A stretch of DNA of 64,000 bases from Raillietiella orientalis (lineage: Eukaryota): NCBI GenBank assembly GCA_036172245.1, contig JAYWIR010000004.1:992001-1056000 (forward strand). Reading direction: 5' to 3'. The position numbers and the translations under genes are program-made. Below, in pieces: positions 12,290-25,959 of the stretch (position 1 is its first letter; the number at the start of each line of letters is the position of its first letter). Under the pieces are notes generated by a model. It had not been told where the DNA came from. It made no database searches and saw nothing but the letters and a program-made list of their open reading frames with translations.

Positions 12290-15060
12290 AGACCTTATCC
12301 CAGAAGAGTTCCCAAAGTGCATGCATGGAAGTTCTCTTACTTACGTACGTTCTGTACTCATGTGCAAGTTTCAAATGAAGAATTGTATAGAGCATCAATC
12401 CTGAAAACGGAAGCAGCGCGAAAACTCTTGTAGTAATTAAGCATCTGCAGCAGATCATACCAGCATTCATATGTTTCACGCCATGAGTACAGAACCTGCA
12501 CGTGTGTGCTGTACACAGAAGAGTGAACGGTCGCCCTTTTTTGGTGTTTTGCAGCTGAAGCGCAACAACCCAAGGAAAGAACTTATCAAGACTAGAGCCA
12601 GATGAATCATAGTCAGAAACTACCCCCAAAATTAAAAGTTGATACATGATTCCTGTAAGGCATTCTATAGATACCGAGAAACGGGAAGATCCCATTCGAA
12701 GACAGAACGCAGTGCTTTTTCTTACTCCTCTAACGGCAGATGCTCATTGCAGCCGAGAAAAGAAATCCCATGGTTTCCCTCCCTGGTAGGAAAAAGTGGT
12801 TGTAGCCTTCCTACTGACAACAAGATTGAATAAGCAGATCTTCGAAGCAGCGAAACGATTCGGTTGATGAAAACTCTTCATTTTCAACTCGCAATCAAGA
12901 ATAATGCTTTCAGGGGGAACCAGAAATCCAGGGAGTGTCGTCCTTCAAACCGAGGGAGAACAGGAAAATCGCTGTTGTTAATTATTCACAAAGGCACAAA
13001 TAATTAAAGTGATGTTTCCATCTCAGAGTGTGCTCTGGTATCACGAGCGGAACTTCTGAGACACAGGAAGTTTAATGAGATTCTGCGCACAACCCTTATT
13101 TTGGTGATTTCGTTATACGGCAGGCATTTCCGGAGCCGCTGTCCGACTCGATTCGAGTCGACGACTGGACGCCGTCGACGACGTCAGCGACACTTCGCAA
13201 GGTTTTTTGTAGGCAGGCCACAGAATTCTGTTCGCTATCTGCATTTCACGGGAACCGTTCGTTGGTTTATGTAAACAGAGAAAGAATGGCACACTTTAGG
13301 TGAAGCGCTTGAAATATGTCGACCAAAGAGGTTATATCACCGTCATTACGAAACGAGCACATTAAGTCCAAGAGGGAAAAAAAAAGCACGTTTCCAGCTG
13401 TCACGCTCCAGAGACGGAAAGTATAATCAAACAATTTAGCTGTTCCAGCTCCTTTGCGTTGTCTGCACTCGAAAGCTGAATACCTGCATATCTGCATAGC
13501 TGAATACCAGACACACGAATTTCAACGGCGTAAACAGTTGTGGGTTTTGCAGCTTTTGCGATGAGCCGCAGAGCGCGCCTAAGAAAGAGCACCCAATACT
13601 CCAGTTTCCAGTTTCGTTCTCACATTGCTTCTTCCTCGTGTGTGGAGAGACCGCAGAATCCTTAAGAGGTGTCCTTGCAAACACCCACACTCTCAACGTG
13701 GCATCCACAGTGGTGTTTCCTCCATTGACGTCTCTCCCAGCCTCAGCCTTCAACTTTTCGTACTTTTAATGGGAAAGCCCTTCATTTCCGGAACACGGAA
13801 AGTTGTGCGTCCTTCTTAGAAGTGCAGCTTATCGAAAACTCCCAAACAGGATGAAACAGGATAGAATCATCTGCAGCATTCTTGAGAATCACTTTTGATC
13901 GATAAAACAAAGAATTTACATAGGCAGAAGAAATAAATGGCGTTTAATTCGTGGCCTCATTTTTGCATGCCTACACATTATCTTTTCTGTTTAGATCTTA
14001 CTAACAGATCAGTCGTAATTCAGGTTTGCTCATATTCGAACGTCGTTTACGCTACATTTGCTAGCAGAAACTTCTAAGCATCATCTGCTTAGCTGCTTGA
14101 ATGATGCCACTTCAGGAAGCCATCTGCTTCCTGTAAACCATTTTTTTTTTTTTTTTTTTCTGGCTGCAGATATTTAAATGGTCTTAGACCACTTCACTTT
14201 GCTAAACTACCATCTTCAACTTTCCTCGGATAGATGCAATCCTTTTTTCAAAACCTGCGTGTGCAACACGCAAGTGCCAACGTGGAGGTTTGGCGCCGGC
14301 TGAGAGTTTCCACGCCACTTTAGACACTAATAACGCGATGCATACCGCAAAAGGCAAACAAGTTGCCGAAAAAGAATTCCCAAGTCTCCAGACGCGAAGC
14401 TGGCACTCCTACAATATTCAACAGGGAGATGAGAGGAGTCAGAAATGGTACGGATTCGCTTCGCTGAGAGTAACAGTTGCATTTGAGGTGCAACATAACA
14501 GGTGAAAAGATGTGGAAAAGATGATGGTATAATGCAGATGAGCTTTTTTAGCTCTTGCGACCAGCAAAATCATCAACAGCATGAGTGGTTCGTCGCTCTG
14601 CTTCCGGATCCAATTTCCGGTGTAGCCCAATTGGGTCTTTCCTAATCCCAGAGAAAGCATTTTGACACACTAGAGGCCTCCGTGGTAACACTGACTCCTC
14701 CCCATGCTACCCTTCAGATGAAATCACAGTTTAAATTGCTTCTTCATAATTGCCGTTCCTTAACGTTTCTCAAGAGAACCCTCTTGATTACTTTGATCCC
14801 GCAAAATCGCACTCCTTATTCATACAAGTACAGGAGAGCTTTGAAGTTCTCGGTGCGTTGCCTATGCTACAGCATTTCGTTCGGATCTGCTGCAACGTCT
14901 CGATTGATGCTTTATTCTCGAGGTTTTCGCTCCACAGGCAGCAAGTTCCCACTGCTTGCTTTCAATCATACTGGAATCCACGAAAACACCCCCTCTCGCC
15001 CCCTCCTTTCAATCTTCGACGCTACCGTGGAATATGTGTCCTCGTAAACTGTGTTTAAAA
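12290..15060 (-). pseudogene. Degenerate NERD-like nuclease/helicase copy, probably interrupted around 13100-13800
   Basis: Manual translation: VYEDT...GVF (~15050-14980), FKALLYLYE*GVRFCGIK (~14846-14792), IIPSSFPHL (~14533-14507). C-terminal-like LTGIMYQLLIL in ORF 12288-12695. Confidence 0.45.
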
Positions 15061-17399
15061 GGAAGCGTGATCCATGATTCCGAAGAATCTGTCAAGTACC
15101 CGAAGATAATTAGCCAACCTCGGATCTCCTAAGAACTCGAGTACCCCTCGCAACGCACAAGTGAGCCTCACAGACCGAGTGACGATGCTCGCAGCTTCAG
15201 AGCTTTCAGGTTTATCATTAGCAATGTTAAAGCTTTTCCCAGGCTATGAGCAGTAGGACGAGATCAAGCCACATCTATGGACGTGAGAATTAGCATGGAT
15301 CCACACCTTTCACTAGAAACTCGTCTGTTCAGTAGGAGCAGTTGGTGCTTCATTGCAAGAGGTGAGGAGCCGAACTAAAAGCACCCCCACAAGAAAACTG
15401 ACCTTTTTTTTTTTTTTTTTGAAAAAAAAAAACGAACCCAAATGGCTGATTAAGTAGGAATTGGAAGATCGGAAAAATATGAGCAATTTTCGCATGAAAT
15501 CCACACGAAGCCTAAGTTTGGATTCCTCGATTCCGACTGCATGCAAAACAGTATGGATCCCCGCTGCTGAGTGCATTTGCTGGTTCTTCTTTGACAGTAC
15601 GGAACCATAGGCCAACCAACGTATCATCGGATTTAGACAAACCGGTGGAATACGGAGAATATGGAGTCTTACAAGAAGAAAAGAGTTGCAGCTCCAGTTC
15701 GAGCGGAAGACGCTGATATGATTTCTTTCTACCTGAAGTGATGCGGAAGGAAACAAGATTCCTGAGGGAGCTCGTTTGACTACAAGAAGTCCGAAGAGCA
15801 CACTTCTTTCTCGGGAAGGAATGTCCTCGTTTTACTTCATTTCACTTATGCAGGCAGCGCCGCACGCTCTTCAGTCTGCTCGCTTCCACTGTTAATGATC
15901 TTAAACTCGTAATCAGAACCAGGCGACCGTCATTGGTTTCTGCACTGCAGTCAAAATTGTCAAGAACACACTCGGACTACCTTGAAAAGAAGAGTTTTCT
16001 GGAAGAAATTAGGGAAGGTTTCAAGGCAAAAAGAGGTCACTCCGAGTAGCCAACGTTTCTCGTGATAAAAAAACACACACAAACCACACGTCTTAATTTC
16101 GTCTCTTTTAATTTATCTGCTCTTCTTTCCTTCCGAGATACCACCACAGGAAATTGCACACCAAAATACACAGCTGCAATCTCAGCACATTCTCTATCTA
16201 CAGCGAAAGGATCTGTGTCTCAAGTTCGATGAACCTGGATTCTCAAACATGCAGAATTCCAGCACTTCCTTGGGGGAGGAAAGGGACATTTCTTCTTCAG
16301 CTTTTCTAGAGGCATTTGCAAATTAAGGGAAAAAGAAATGGACCTTCCCAAGAGGTCGGTAGGAAATTTTCTTACAGAACGCTGATTGATTTCAAGTAGC
16401 CAACTGCTGTTCCCGGAAGACACACGTACTACCCTGCTCCGAGTAGACCGATCCTATTGCGGCTTGAGAGTGTTCGTCATGAAACGAGTGTCGGTAAGGT
16501 TTAGCTGTCAACCCCAACGGCGAGCACCATTCTCAAGAGAAACCTCTTGGACTCGACGATGGAACTACGACGCACCCCTCCCAGAACCAAAGAGAAGGTT
16601 CGTTCAGGCCTCGATAAAGAAGTCCAGACGTGCCACTCTTCCTCCGAACGGCTGGAAGGAATCCTGGACACGGAGATCCCTCTCCGCCGGTTGAAGTGAC
16701 GACACGAACGCCTGAGCTTTTCGATTCACCGTCGGGCGGCGCGTGCATAGCGAAGCGTTCTCGGCGGTCGCAAACAGCCGCTTTTCCCCTACCCAGCACC
16801 CCACCTAGGCGCGGGCCCAGGTGGAGGAGGAAGATGTGGGAAACGCAATTCTGAATTTGCGTCTCTGCCCCGACGAAACGACTGTCCTCACCTAGCCTCT
16901 TCGATCCGTAGCAGATCTCGTTACGGATCTTTCTCCGGACTCGGAAAAGGCTCCGGCAAGGGAAGGAGGGGGGGGGAGGTAGGAGGTGAGGATGCCCAAG
17001 GTTCCACCAAGTGCCGCTGTTGATGAAGCCGACCACCGCACTGTTTGTGCATTCGCGCGAGACCACGAGCGGTCCAGCAGCCTAACCGATCTCAGAGCAA
17101 GACCGGTTAAACCTCTCTGTTACACCTTACACGCCACTTTTGTTCACGCAGGCTCGGATCCATGCCGCGGGCTCCCCGTGGAACATCGAACAGACGAGCA
17201 CTCGAACTGGAAAGCGGGCGACCGGAAGCGAATTCCTCCGCAGCTCGCTCGATGCGAGAAGAAAAATTTGATCTTCCTTACCAGGACTGATTCTTCGAAA
17301 TCTCCCGTTGGAGTCCAAGGTGTACATCGCGCGGGTCAATTCATCTGACTCGCATGTGCGTTTCCGCCGGAATTCTTCCTCTCCTCCGATCGCCTTCCG

Positions 17400-19750
17400 T
17401 CCTCCCCTCCCCCCCCGGTGGGTGAGAACCACACAGTACTGAACCGGGCCGACAGTCAGCGCACACACTCCCCGTCTACAAACTCGAGGACCGGGCAGAG
17501 ACCTCCTCTGGGAACGCACTCTCACCACCTTCTCGCCCTGGGAACGGGCATCGCCGACCTCATCGGCTAACGGTCTGCGTACGAAAATCTCTTCTTGCCT
17601 CTGTGACCCGCGCGCTTTTTGCTCCGCGTCGTTATCGCGCTGGCCAGCACCTGCGAGACGCGTTTATGAGCGGTCACTTTTGACCTTAAACGCGACCGTA
17701 CATGCAGCAGCGAGGGCCGCGCGCACGGCTGGCGGATCGCTACGAGGCACCTGTCTCTTGCCTGGTTGTCGGCAGCGGATGAACGGCAGGCTCGCGGAGA
17801 AAGTGAACACACGCACGGGGTTGCAACGCGCGGGTGTTCCTTTTTAATCACCTGGTAACGACCGCCTTGCGAATGGTGCGTACGTACCCTCTGCAGCGTG
17901 CCACTGACTCTGATGACCCGGGACGAAAGGACTGTAGACGTGAAAGGGGGTAACGCGGAGTGCCTCCTTCGGAGAGCAAGGGCGCAAGCGTTTCCGAAAC
18001 CCTAGGGAGGAAATGTCGCCACGGTGGGGCCGAAACCCGAATTGCCAAGAGCGAGCGCGACAGATGATCACCCTCGGAAACCTTCGCTCGCACGCAGACA
18101 CGAAAGTCGCGAAATCCGCCGCCGGTGGCAAAATAAGGTCCACCCGAATGGACGTCCTGGAGGAACGGTCGCGGATCCTCGAATGCTCCCCGCACAACCC
18201 TCGAAGAACCGCCGCCGCCGGGAAGCAACCGAGACTCGCAAGAAGAGGCGGTGAGGAGGTCCAGAGTCTGCAAGCTGAAGAGAAGACGGAAGAAAAGGGG
18301 GAGGGTGAGATGCTTTGGCGGCAGCTCAAGCGACGAATTGGAGGGGCGCCAAGAAAAGCGCGCCGTTACGCCAGCCCTCCATGACCCGTGATGCGCTCGA
18401 AGGAGCGCGCTGGCCACCACCGCGCGGCGGCGCCTCGGAGAAAATTGCCTTCGAGTAATTCGATTTACCGGAGTGTCCCTTCACGTCGGGCCAGAGAGCA
18501 CCGGCCGGACGTTTCTGCCGTCCTGCGAGCCGATCCAGTCCTGTTCCGTCGTTCCTGGCTGAACCGGAGTGGGAGCAGCGGGAGACCACGGGGGAGAGCG
18601 GCAGCAGCAACCAGAAACGGTTCACATCAGAGGGAACCCTTCCAAAGGCACACGCGGCTCTTCGAGCAGCCAGGAAAACAAAAAAGAAAAGGGAAAAAGG
18701 GCCGAGACATCTGCCGGATGGCCCTTCTGGACCGACTGAGCGGACGATCGCTCGTCGGAGCCCGCGGTGGTTTCGTTACGGAACCAATAGCTCCCCTCCG
18801 GAGCCGAGGGCCCTCCCACGCATCGCCTTGGAAACGAACGGAGCCCCCTTGCGTCTTTGGGAAACGATCCTTCCGAGAGAGAGCCTTCGCAACCCCGTCG
18901 CAACCAGCAGGCTGCCAGCACGTGAGGAAACCTTCGCTCACGCAAGAGCCATCCGTCCGCCTGCGCCAGTTTCGGGCTGTGCGAACCTGATGGACCCCTC
19001 AAAGAGGGCCGCTGACCTGCTCCCCGCAGCGCCGGGTCGAAAAATCTGCACAGGTGGAGTGTGCAGGTGAATCCGAGTGGGCACGATGCTTTCTGTGCTC
19101 TTCCGCTCCGCTTATCCCTGCTCTCATCAGGAAGAGGTTCAAGGACTCGCGAAACGCCCTCTTTGTGTCTTGCAATTGAAATACAATGTAAGCAGCGGAA
19201 CGGGAGGGTTGTTCTCGGTTCGGGAATTCCTCCCGGTTCGGGGAACTTTCCCTCACCTCGACGGCGGCCGCAGGATCCGCATCGTCTCCTGCAGGGTCAG
19301 GGTCGGCGGGCGGGCGTGCCGGAAAGGGGATCCGACAGGATGTTCATCCTCGGAAGATTCTGGATGCGAGGGAGCAAGCTCGGGATGCGTTGGCAAGCTC
19401 GATGCACCCCGGTTCCCGGGGCTGCACGGAAAAAAGTTCGGGCCTGTCAACACGATACAAGCACCCAAGGCTTTTTTTTTTTCTTCGCAGTGGCGGCCCG
19501 CCGTCCGGGAGACGGCGCCTGATCGTTTGGATGTCAAACGAGAGTTTCGTCTTCCGAAGCTCACCGGGCTTTCGAGTTCTGATGAGCGGCCACGTTCGCT
19601 TCTTCCCCCTCCCCCCCACTCCAGCCCTACGCTCCGCTCAAGTGTTTGGGAACGGTTTCGCCCTCTCGCCCCCTCCCTTCAGGTGTCTCGGCGCACCGCG
19701 AAGCCATGGTTGCGCTGGGCATCTCCCATTCACAGCCGGACGAGGGGATG
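17400..19750 (+). mobile_element. Degenerate L1/Tx1-like LINE fragments (APE-RT linker, then an ORF1 zinc-knuckle-like piece)
   Basis: EMLWRQLKRRI (ORF 18013-18384) and HTRLFEQPGKQKRKGK...LLDRLSG (18388-18990) resemble L1-clade ORF2 linker motifs. GGRRIRIV...RACRKGDPTGC (19077-19751) resembles a decayed ORF1 knuckle. Confidence 0.4.
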
Positions 19751-20899
19751 AGTCCCTGCCGCTGGACGGAGGTTGCGGAAGACCCCTCCTCCCCATCTGA
19801 TCCGAATCGCGCCTGCCAAGAGGCCGAGTCTCTCATCTGCATCTCAGAAAAACTCGCTTCCTGGCTTCGCCCGTGTTTTTTCCGTTCTTTCTTTCTCTTC
19901 CCCCCTCCATGTTGTTGGAGGCCATTTTGTTCCTGCTCTTCCCTTGGATGCCGCAGTGACATCCAAGCAAGGGCATCTCTGCATCAACTGGGACGGAAGG
20001 TGAGGAATGAGGGAGCCCCGCGCGATATGGGAGCGGCTCCAAAGAGTCCAAATCCTGCGGTTCGCAGAGACGAAGATTCGGAAAGGCGTTCTCCGCGCAA
20101 GCCAGCGCGCTCGCTTTGTCTCCCGGAGAAGGCCAGCCGGGGGCGTTCTCGTCGCCCGGAGCAGCGTGAGCCGTCCTCCTCCGCGGAGGAGTCTTTGAAG
20201 TCGCCCGAAGAATCCGAAACGACGGTGACGACGCGGCGACCCCTCCCCTACCTCTCTTTCATGCGGACGCCGCCGCGGCGAAGACGCGAACCACTCCCGG
20301 CTCTCGCTCCTTCCCATGAGGTTGACGATCCGGGAATTCGCTCGCCGCCGACAGAAACAAAAGCAGGGGGCGCGGCAGCTTGGGAAGATGGCAGGAGGCT
20401 GCTGAGACCGCCGCGTCCGTTGCGCTGCGAAAGGCCATGGTGCAGTTGCGGTCCCGGCCATGTTTGCTTGATTTGCAGATGCGAGGCTTTTCGGTGCGCG
20501 CGCGCGAGGGGCGGGTCTCGGGAAGGTTGCGTGCCATTTCCGGAAGCGGTGGAGGCATGCTAGACTCGCGGCCAGCTTTCTTTTCGGGTCCCCTCTCCAG
20601 AAAAGAACTCCCAGCGCCCCAGCGGGCCGCCACCAGCATGTGACCAGCATCTCCGCACCCTGCAGTTTGAGGGATGAGAAAATTCCTGCCGGAGCATCGC
20701 AGAAACAGAATATCTGGAGCCACGACGAGGGTAAAGTCGGAAAGCGGTAGCTGGGAAAAAAACGGAGTCAAGAGGCTCTTGAGCGCGTTCCTGCTCCGGC
20801 GCCGCTCCCGCCGGAAAGACGATCCAAGAATCTCGCGTGTCGGACCGCCACGGTTTCTTCCTGTCGCTCATCCGCCAGCGGGGACAAGCTTTTCCGTGC

Positions 20900-23800
20900 C
20901 CCGCGAGATTCTTCTGCAGCTTTGACCGTCCGGGTTTCCATGGGGGACCTCGGCGCGGTGGCAGCGGCCTTCCCGATAAAAATGTGGACACAGCAGCAGC
21001 GAAGTCTCTTCCCCCTTCAGCGGCGGCGAGCCCGTCGTAAAGGCACGGCGAATCTCCGCGCGATTTCGTTTGTCCTTGAAGACCGGCTCCGGCTGCCTTT
21101 TTGAGCACCGAAGCGCCCGCTGCTTTCGATTTCGTTGCACCTCCTGCAAGAAGCGGCTGCTTTTTCGAGAAAGCGATAGCGGGAAGCAGAGAGGGTCCTT
21201 CGAAGATGCGTCAACAGCTGGAGGAGAGAACCCGCTCCTGGAGTGTTTGAAAGGAGCAGAAAAATCCCAAGAAGCATTCTCGAAATGAAGGAAACTGAAA
21301 AGTGAAATCCGCAAATTTGAGGTTTGTTTGCAGATCTTCAACATTTGAGAAGCTCCTGCGACTCTTCACGAGGTAAAAGAGCAACGCATAATAAGAATGA
21401 GATTTAAATGAAATGGGAGCCGAGGGAATCCTACAGTGAGATATCTGCGATGCAGGATCAAAAAAAATCTTCTCCGGTACAGCTGCAGACTCTGGAGCAA
21501 TTTTGGCACGAGATACACCAAATATTGTAAGCTCCATTATCCGCAGGAGGTGCGGGGGCCAGAATTGGGACCCCAGTAATGGAGGAACGTAGACAGAACT
21601 CGGATGATGGCTTGGCAGACTGACTGCTGCGGAAGCGACTGCTGCGGTTGTGGGTCAGAGGGCCGGAACCAGTGGAAGAGGAAAGGTGCTCCTGCTCCCG
21701 AAGGGAAGGAAAGAGGGAGGCAGAAAAAATTCCCTCGCCATCAAGAAGGGAAGCATCGAAGCCACTTTGTCGAGAAATGCCGAAGGGTGCAAAAGTCGAA
21801 AAGAATTCAAAGAGCCAGAGTTCTCCTTCGGGTGATGTCCCGTTTCGGGGGAAGAGGGAAGGAAATCACGGTGGTGACTTCGTGCCTCAGGGTCACGGCG
21901 AGAGTCTTTCTCGAAAAGTCGGGTTTCTAAAATCCTTCCCAAAGGCAACTTTATAAAACTCCTCGCGATTATCCGATGCCAGGGTTTCAGCCCGGATGAG
22001 AAGCTGGAAACAACAGGGGATGAAGGGACCCTCGCGTTTCCACGATTGCGAGTGCTTCGAAAGAATCTGGGAATGCTTCTTTTCTGGCAGCATGGTCGCC
22101 TAGCAACGTCCCCAACGGTTCGAAGAAGGAAGTGGAAGAGGGTCATTGGTAAGCAGGAGAGAGAAAGTCCTCAGCTTCGTCTAAATGTTCCTCTAAACTT
22201 TGCTGCATTGCCGCACCTGCTTTCTCTTCCCTCTGCCACGTGACCCCGTGCCACCTGTCGTCAACGGAATGCCATCTTGAGGGCACACGCTTCCTTTTTC
22301 CGAGCGAATTTGACCCCAACGAGATGTTCAAGCTCCCGCCGGCGCGCTCGCATCTCTTGTTGGATCGAGCGGACGCCACGGAGCGCGAAGAGGCGGATCC
22401 TGGCAGAAAAGACGCTTCGCGAAGACACCGTAGCTTGAGGTCACGGCGTGCTCGAAATCCAGCGGAACTGCACCGCTGAACCAAACGACTCAGCAGCACC
22501 CCCGTCCCTCTCTCGCAAGGGACTTCCTGCGCCTAAGTCCACCATCTTGAATTTTTCTTTTGCTCGAGAGATTCTGTTGGCTTCTTAACGGAGCGGGCAA
22601 AGCAAACACAGTCTCATCTGCAAGGCAGGTCGTCTTGCTCCTTCGCCGAAGAATAGGAGTACCCCCTGGCCAGAACGTGGGCGCAGGCGGAGGCGGTCCG
22701 ATACCCGCGGGCAAGCTCCAGCGACGACCGTATCGATCCGCACTCTCGCGGAGGAGCTTTGAAGGCAGCGCCAACGGTTCCGAGAGACCGAGGACACGGA
22801 GCGATGAGATGCCATCTTTGTAGGGCGCGCGAGCTCGCCTCCGACCTCAAGCGTATCCTCAGGTGCCGGGAGAACTGTGGAGGCTGCCAGCAGTGGTGAG
22901 CGCGGCCTGCCCAGCACGGCGTTGCGGACTCCGCGGGCGGACTCTGCGACTCCCCGCAGCAGCCCCGAGACCTGGCGTCACTAATTCTTGCCCGCTCGCG
23001 TCTTTTCGCCTCGCAGAGCAGCGGAACGCGTCCGCTGCGAAGCAGCCATCACGCATGCAACGTCGCCCGCGCAATAATTACCCCTTGTAATGACCCTGAT
23101 TTAGAGTGCCCGGCCCTCGCCCTCCTTTGCGGAACACTTGAAGACTGGCCGGCCCCCAGAACTGGAGAAAGGTGTCCATCGCCGCCTCGATTCCAGATTT
23201 CAGCTTTGTCGCAGGCTAGGCGATCGTTCCCGGAGGATCTCTTCGGAGCGGAGTTTCCTTCCGCCCGGGCCTTTGTGGGAAGGCTCGGAAACCTCAAGGG
23301 AAGGGCTCCTGCCCGCACTGGGTCTCGATTTGAAAAAGGGGCCTTCCTTCCCCTCCCCCGCGTCGCGGGGCACGGAGCGAGGGCTCCCGTCTGCGTCTGG
23401 GCAGTTCCCGTCCTGGGCGGCGGAGCGTGACAGCGGGGCTCGTGCTGGCGCGCGCGCGGAGTCCGCCTTCCCCCATTCCCTCCCGACCCGAAGCGGCTCC
23501 GCTCCCTCGTGGGCGGCCGGGTGGGTGGCCTTGAGCCTACTCGAAACGGGCTCTGGAGTTTCCGCGATGCCCCTCAGCCAAGGCGAAGGGTCGTGCGCGC
23601 GCACCCGGGGAGGAATTCGCCTCTCTGGAGGGACGAGCTCCTGGCTCGGCGCTTTCTTTACTGCCGGAGCGCCGGAACCTGAGGGCGTTCCCGTCAAGCC
23701 AGAGGGCCGGCGTATCTGGACTATGGGAAGAGGAAGCAGCTGGAGTCGATCCGCTCCGAGGTATTTCCCCGCTCGCGGACATCGTCGCGTCGCAAGCGGG

Positions 23801-24400
23801 CGGGCGGGCGGGCGCCCACGGCTCAAAGGAGACGCTTGCGCAACGAAGGCGCCGGCGGAGACACAGCTGGCCATGCGACGCGGGCACGCGGAGGAGGAGG
23901 AGGAGCCCTGAGAGAGGAATCTGCGCGGGCGGGTTCGCGCCTGCCGCTGCCAACAGGGCCGTGTGGGACCCCGCGTGTTCGATCGCCCTGGGGTTCCTCT
24001 GGGGGCGCCCGGGTTCGATGGAGGTTCAGAGAACTTCAGGGCCGAAACCCACAGGTGAGCAGTCGGGCGCGCACCGTCGGGCCGGGAGACCCACGTGCGC
24101 TGCCGCCACGCCGCTCTCGAGTTGCGGTTTCACAGGAAGTGCGTCGGAAGGTCCGCCGCGGGCGTCGCGGGCCCGCGCTCCGCGTCGCCTCCGCATCGCC
24201 CGACCACGTGATGGAGCGGAGCGCGCGCGCGCCGCCCGTGGGCGTCTGCAAAGCCTCGCGACGAGCACGCGCAGCGAATACGCGTGCGCGCGAGGTGCTC
24301 AGAAGCGGGTGCGTTGCCACGGGCAATAAGCGAAAGGGGGGAACGGGCCGGGAACAAGAGAGAGTGGGATACTGCTCCTGAGGAAGACTGCCTTGCGAGA
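20900..24400 (-). mobile_element. Degenerate, internally deleted L1/Tx1-like LINE (ORF1 tail-APE-RT)
   Basis: APE-like GYSYSS...PCR*DCVCF (~22665-22600, compare YT...SRLD). RT N-terminal PG...EEFYKV (ORF 21893-22093, compare PGxDG...EFYK) and TTVISFPLPPK (~21875-21843, compare IxLIPK). Confidence 0.55.
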
Positions 24401-24859
24401 CCGACAAATGCCTCCAGTCCTTGGCCTCCGAACCGTCAGCGCGGTTTTTACTCAGGGATGACCCCCCTCCCTCCCCCTTCAGGAGCCGGGCGCACCTGCT
24501 TCACATGCCGCTGCTCCAGGAAGCCACCCCGTCACCTGGGGCTCGCCCGCTGGTCCTCACCACAGTGCTGCAGCTGCGGAGGCGCTGGAGAAGTGGGCCC
24601 TTCTCGTCTGAGAGAGGGGAGGTCGTGGGAGCAAACCCCATCCCGAAAGTAGAGGAGGGAAGGGGCGAACCGCGAAGAGATCGCAACGGGGCGCGACAGC
24701 AGCAGGAGGTGAGAAATGGCGCCCTAAACGAGGGGGAGGAGTCCCGCCGGCCGTGAGGTGGGCGTTCCAGGGAAGCGGCGACCGAGTTCCCCCTTCGAAC
24801 CCGCTCCTGCCCCCGCTTCCCCCGCCCTCGTCCGTTCGCCCTCCTGAAGGCGGAACCAC

Positions 24860-25335
24860 TCACTCAGAATTCATTCATCGGGGCAGCAAGGGCCAGGAAG
24901 TTGCCCCCTCTTGCCCTGCCTCCCTTCCAGTTTACCCCCTCTGCCCTGCCTGGGAGCCCGGGGAACCGAAAGGAAACCAGCTGATGGGCTTGACGAGCGC
25001 GCGGGAGGTAGGGACGGAGGGGCTCACACCTTGGGCCGGACTTCGTTGGGCGCGTAGCGTTTCCCTGGAGCTCCCTCGCACATGCTCTCGCACCGAGCGT
25101 CCCGTCGCCCCTGCCGCGGCCAGAGCCGCACCGCGGCTGCGGACAGAACCGCCGATATGCAAGGATTCGAGATCATGGAGGAGATGGAAATTTACCACCG
25201 ATACTCCAAGCGTGAGAGGAGGAGCAATTTTATCAATGATTTCCGTGACGTGTTTGGAGGTGCACGCCCCCCCCCCCCCGTCCCCTCAAGTAATAGCAAC
25301 GCGTAGTGCTACATCGTTATAAATAAATAAATAAA
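24860..25335 (+). mobile_element. 3' end of an L1/Tx1-like LINE with (TAAA)n/A tail
   Basis: EFIHRG...LCPAWEPGE...SAREVG (decayed zf-RVT), C-terminal IYHRYSKRERRSNFINDFRDVF, then tataaataaataaataaaa at ~25318-25336. Confidence 0.5.
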
Positions 25336-25959
25336 AGAGGAAAAATCTGGCGTGGTGTAACCTGAAAAGCCTGTGCACGAACACCGCTACACGCCTTGTG
25401 CAAGCGCCTAGTCGGCCACTCGGGCACCCACGCACGCTCACGGTGCTCTCGGAGCTGCGCGCATTCGCACGTGCGTGCGGTCGTGTTCGTTGCGTGCGTC
25501 GTTCGCGCGCATGCGCCCTGACACTCCGCGTCTCGGTACAGCGGCGCGGAGGCATCGCGGTTTGTGTGACGTAGCCGAGTGGTATGCGCTGCCTGCTCCT
25601 TCTGTGCTGTGGGGCCGTGGGCATCGCGTGCTTCTCCCTGGAAGGCGCATCTCCCTGGAGGCGATCGCGCAAGCAGCCGTGGTGTGGAACTGCGTAGGGA
25701 GAGCGGGATAGATTTGCTTGAGACATTCAGGATCAGCGGAGAATGCGGCCCCCGTTTTTGGTCACCTTTCATTCCTCCAGGAGACACTCAAGCAAACCAG
25801 ATGAAGAATTCAAAAAAGAAAAAAGAAAGACACAAAGCAACTGCCGAACTTTTACTTTTAACTCCAGAGCAAATTAAAATTTGCTCTGGAGTAAAGGTTC
25901 GACAGGCAGTGTTCCACAGGAAGAGCACCATGAAATGTAGAGGGACGTCAGAAACAGTC

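Noticed and set aside
15500..15850. Possible further helicase C-terminal fragment on the plus strand (SDAEG...REGMSS), and LLLLTPEQ near 25850
   Set aside because: Single short motifs without supporting neighbours; too weak to list as family copies.
19646..24407. Long 200-300 aa ORFs in GC-rich DNA (e.g. 19646-20563, 23138-23911)
   Set aside because: Overlapping Arg/Pro/Ser-rich frames on both strands with no domain signature, as expected from stop-poor LINE ORF1 debris.
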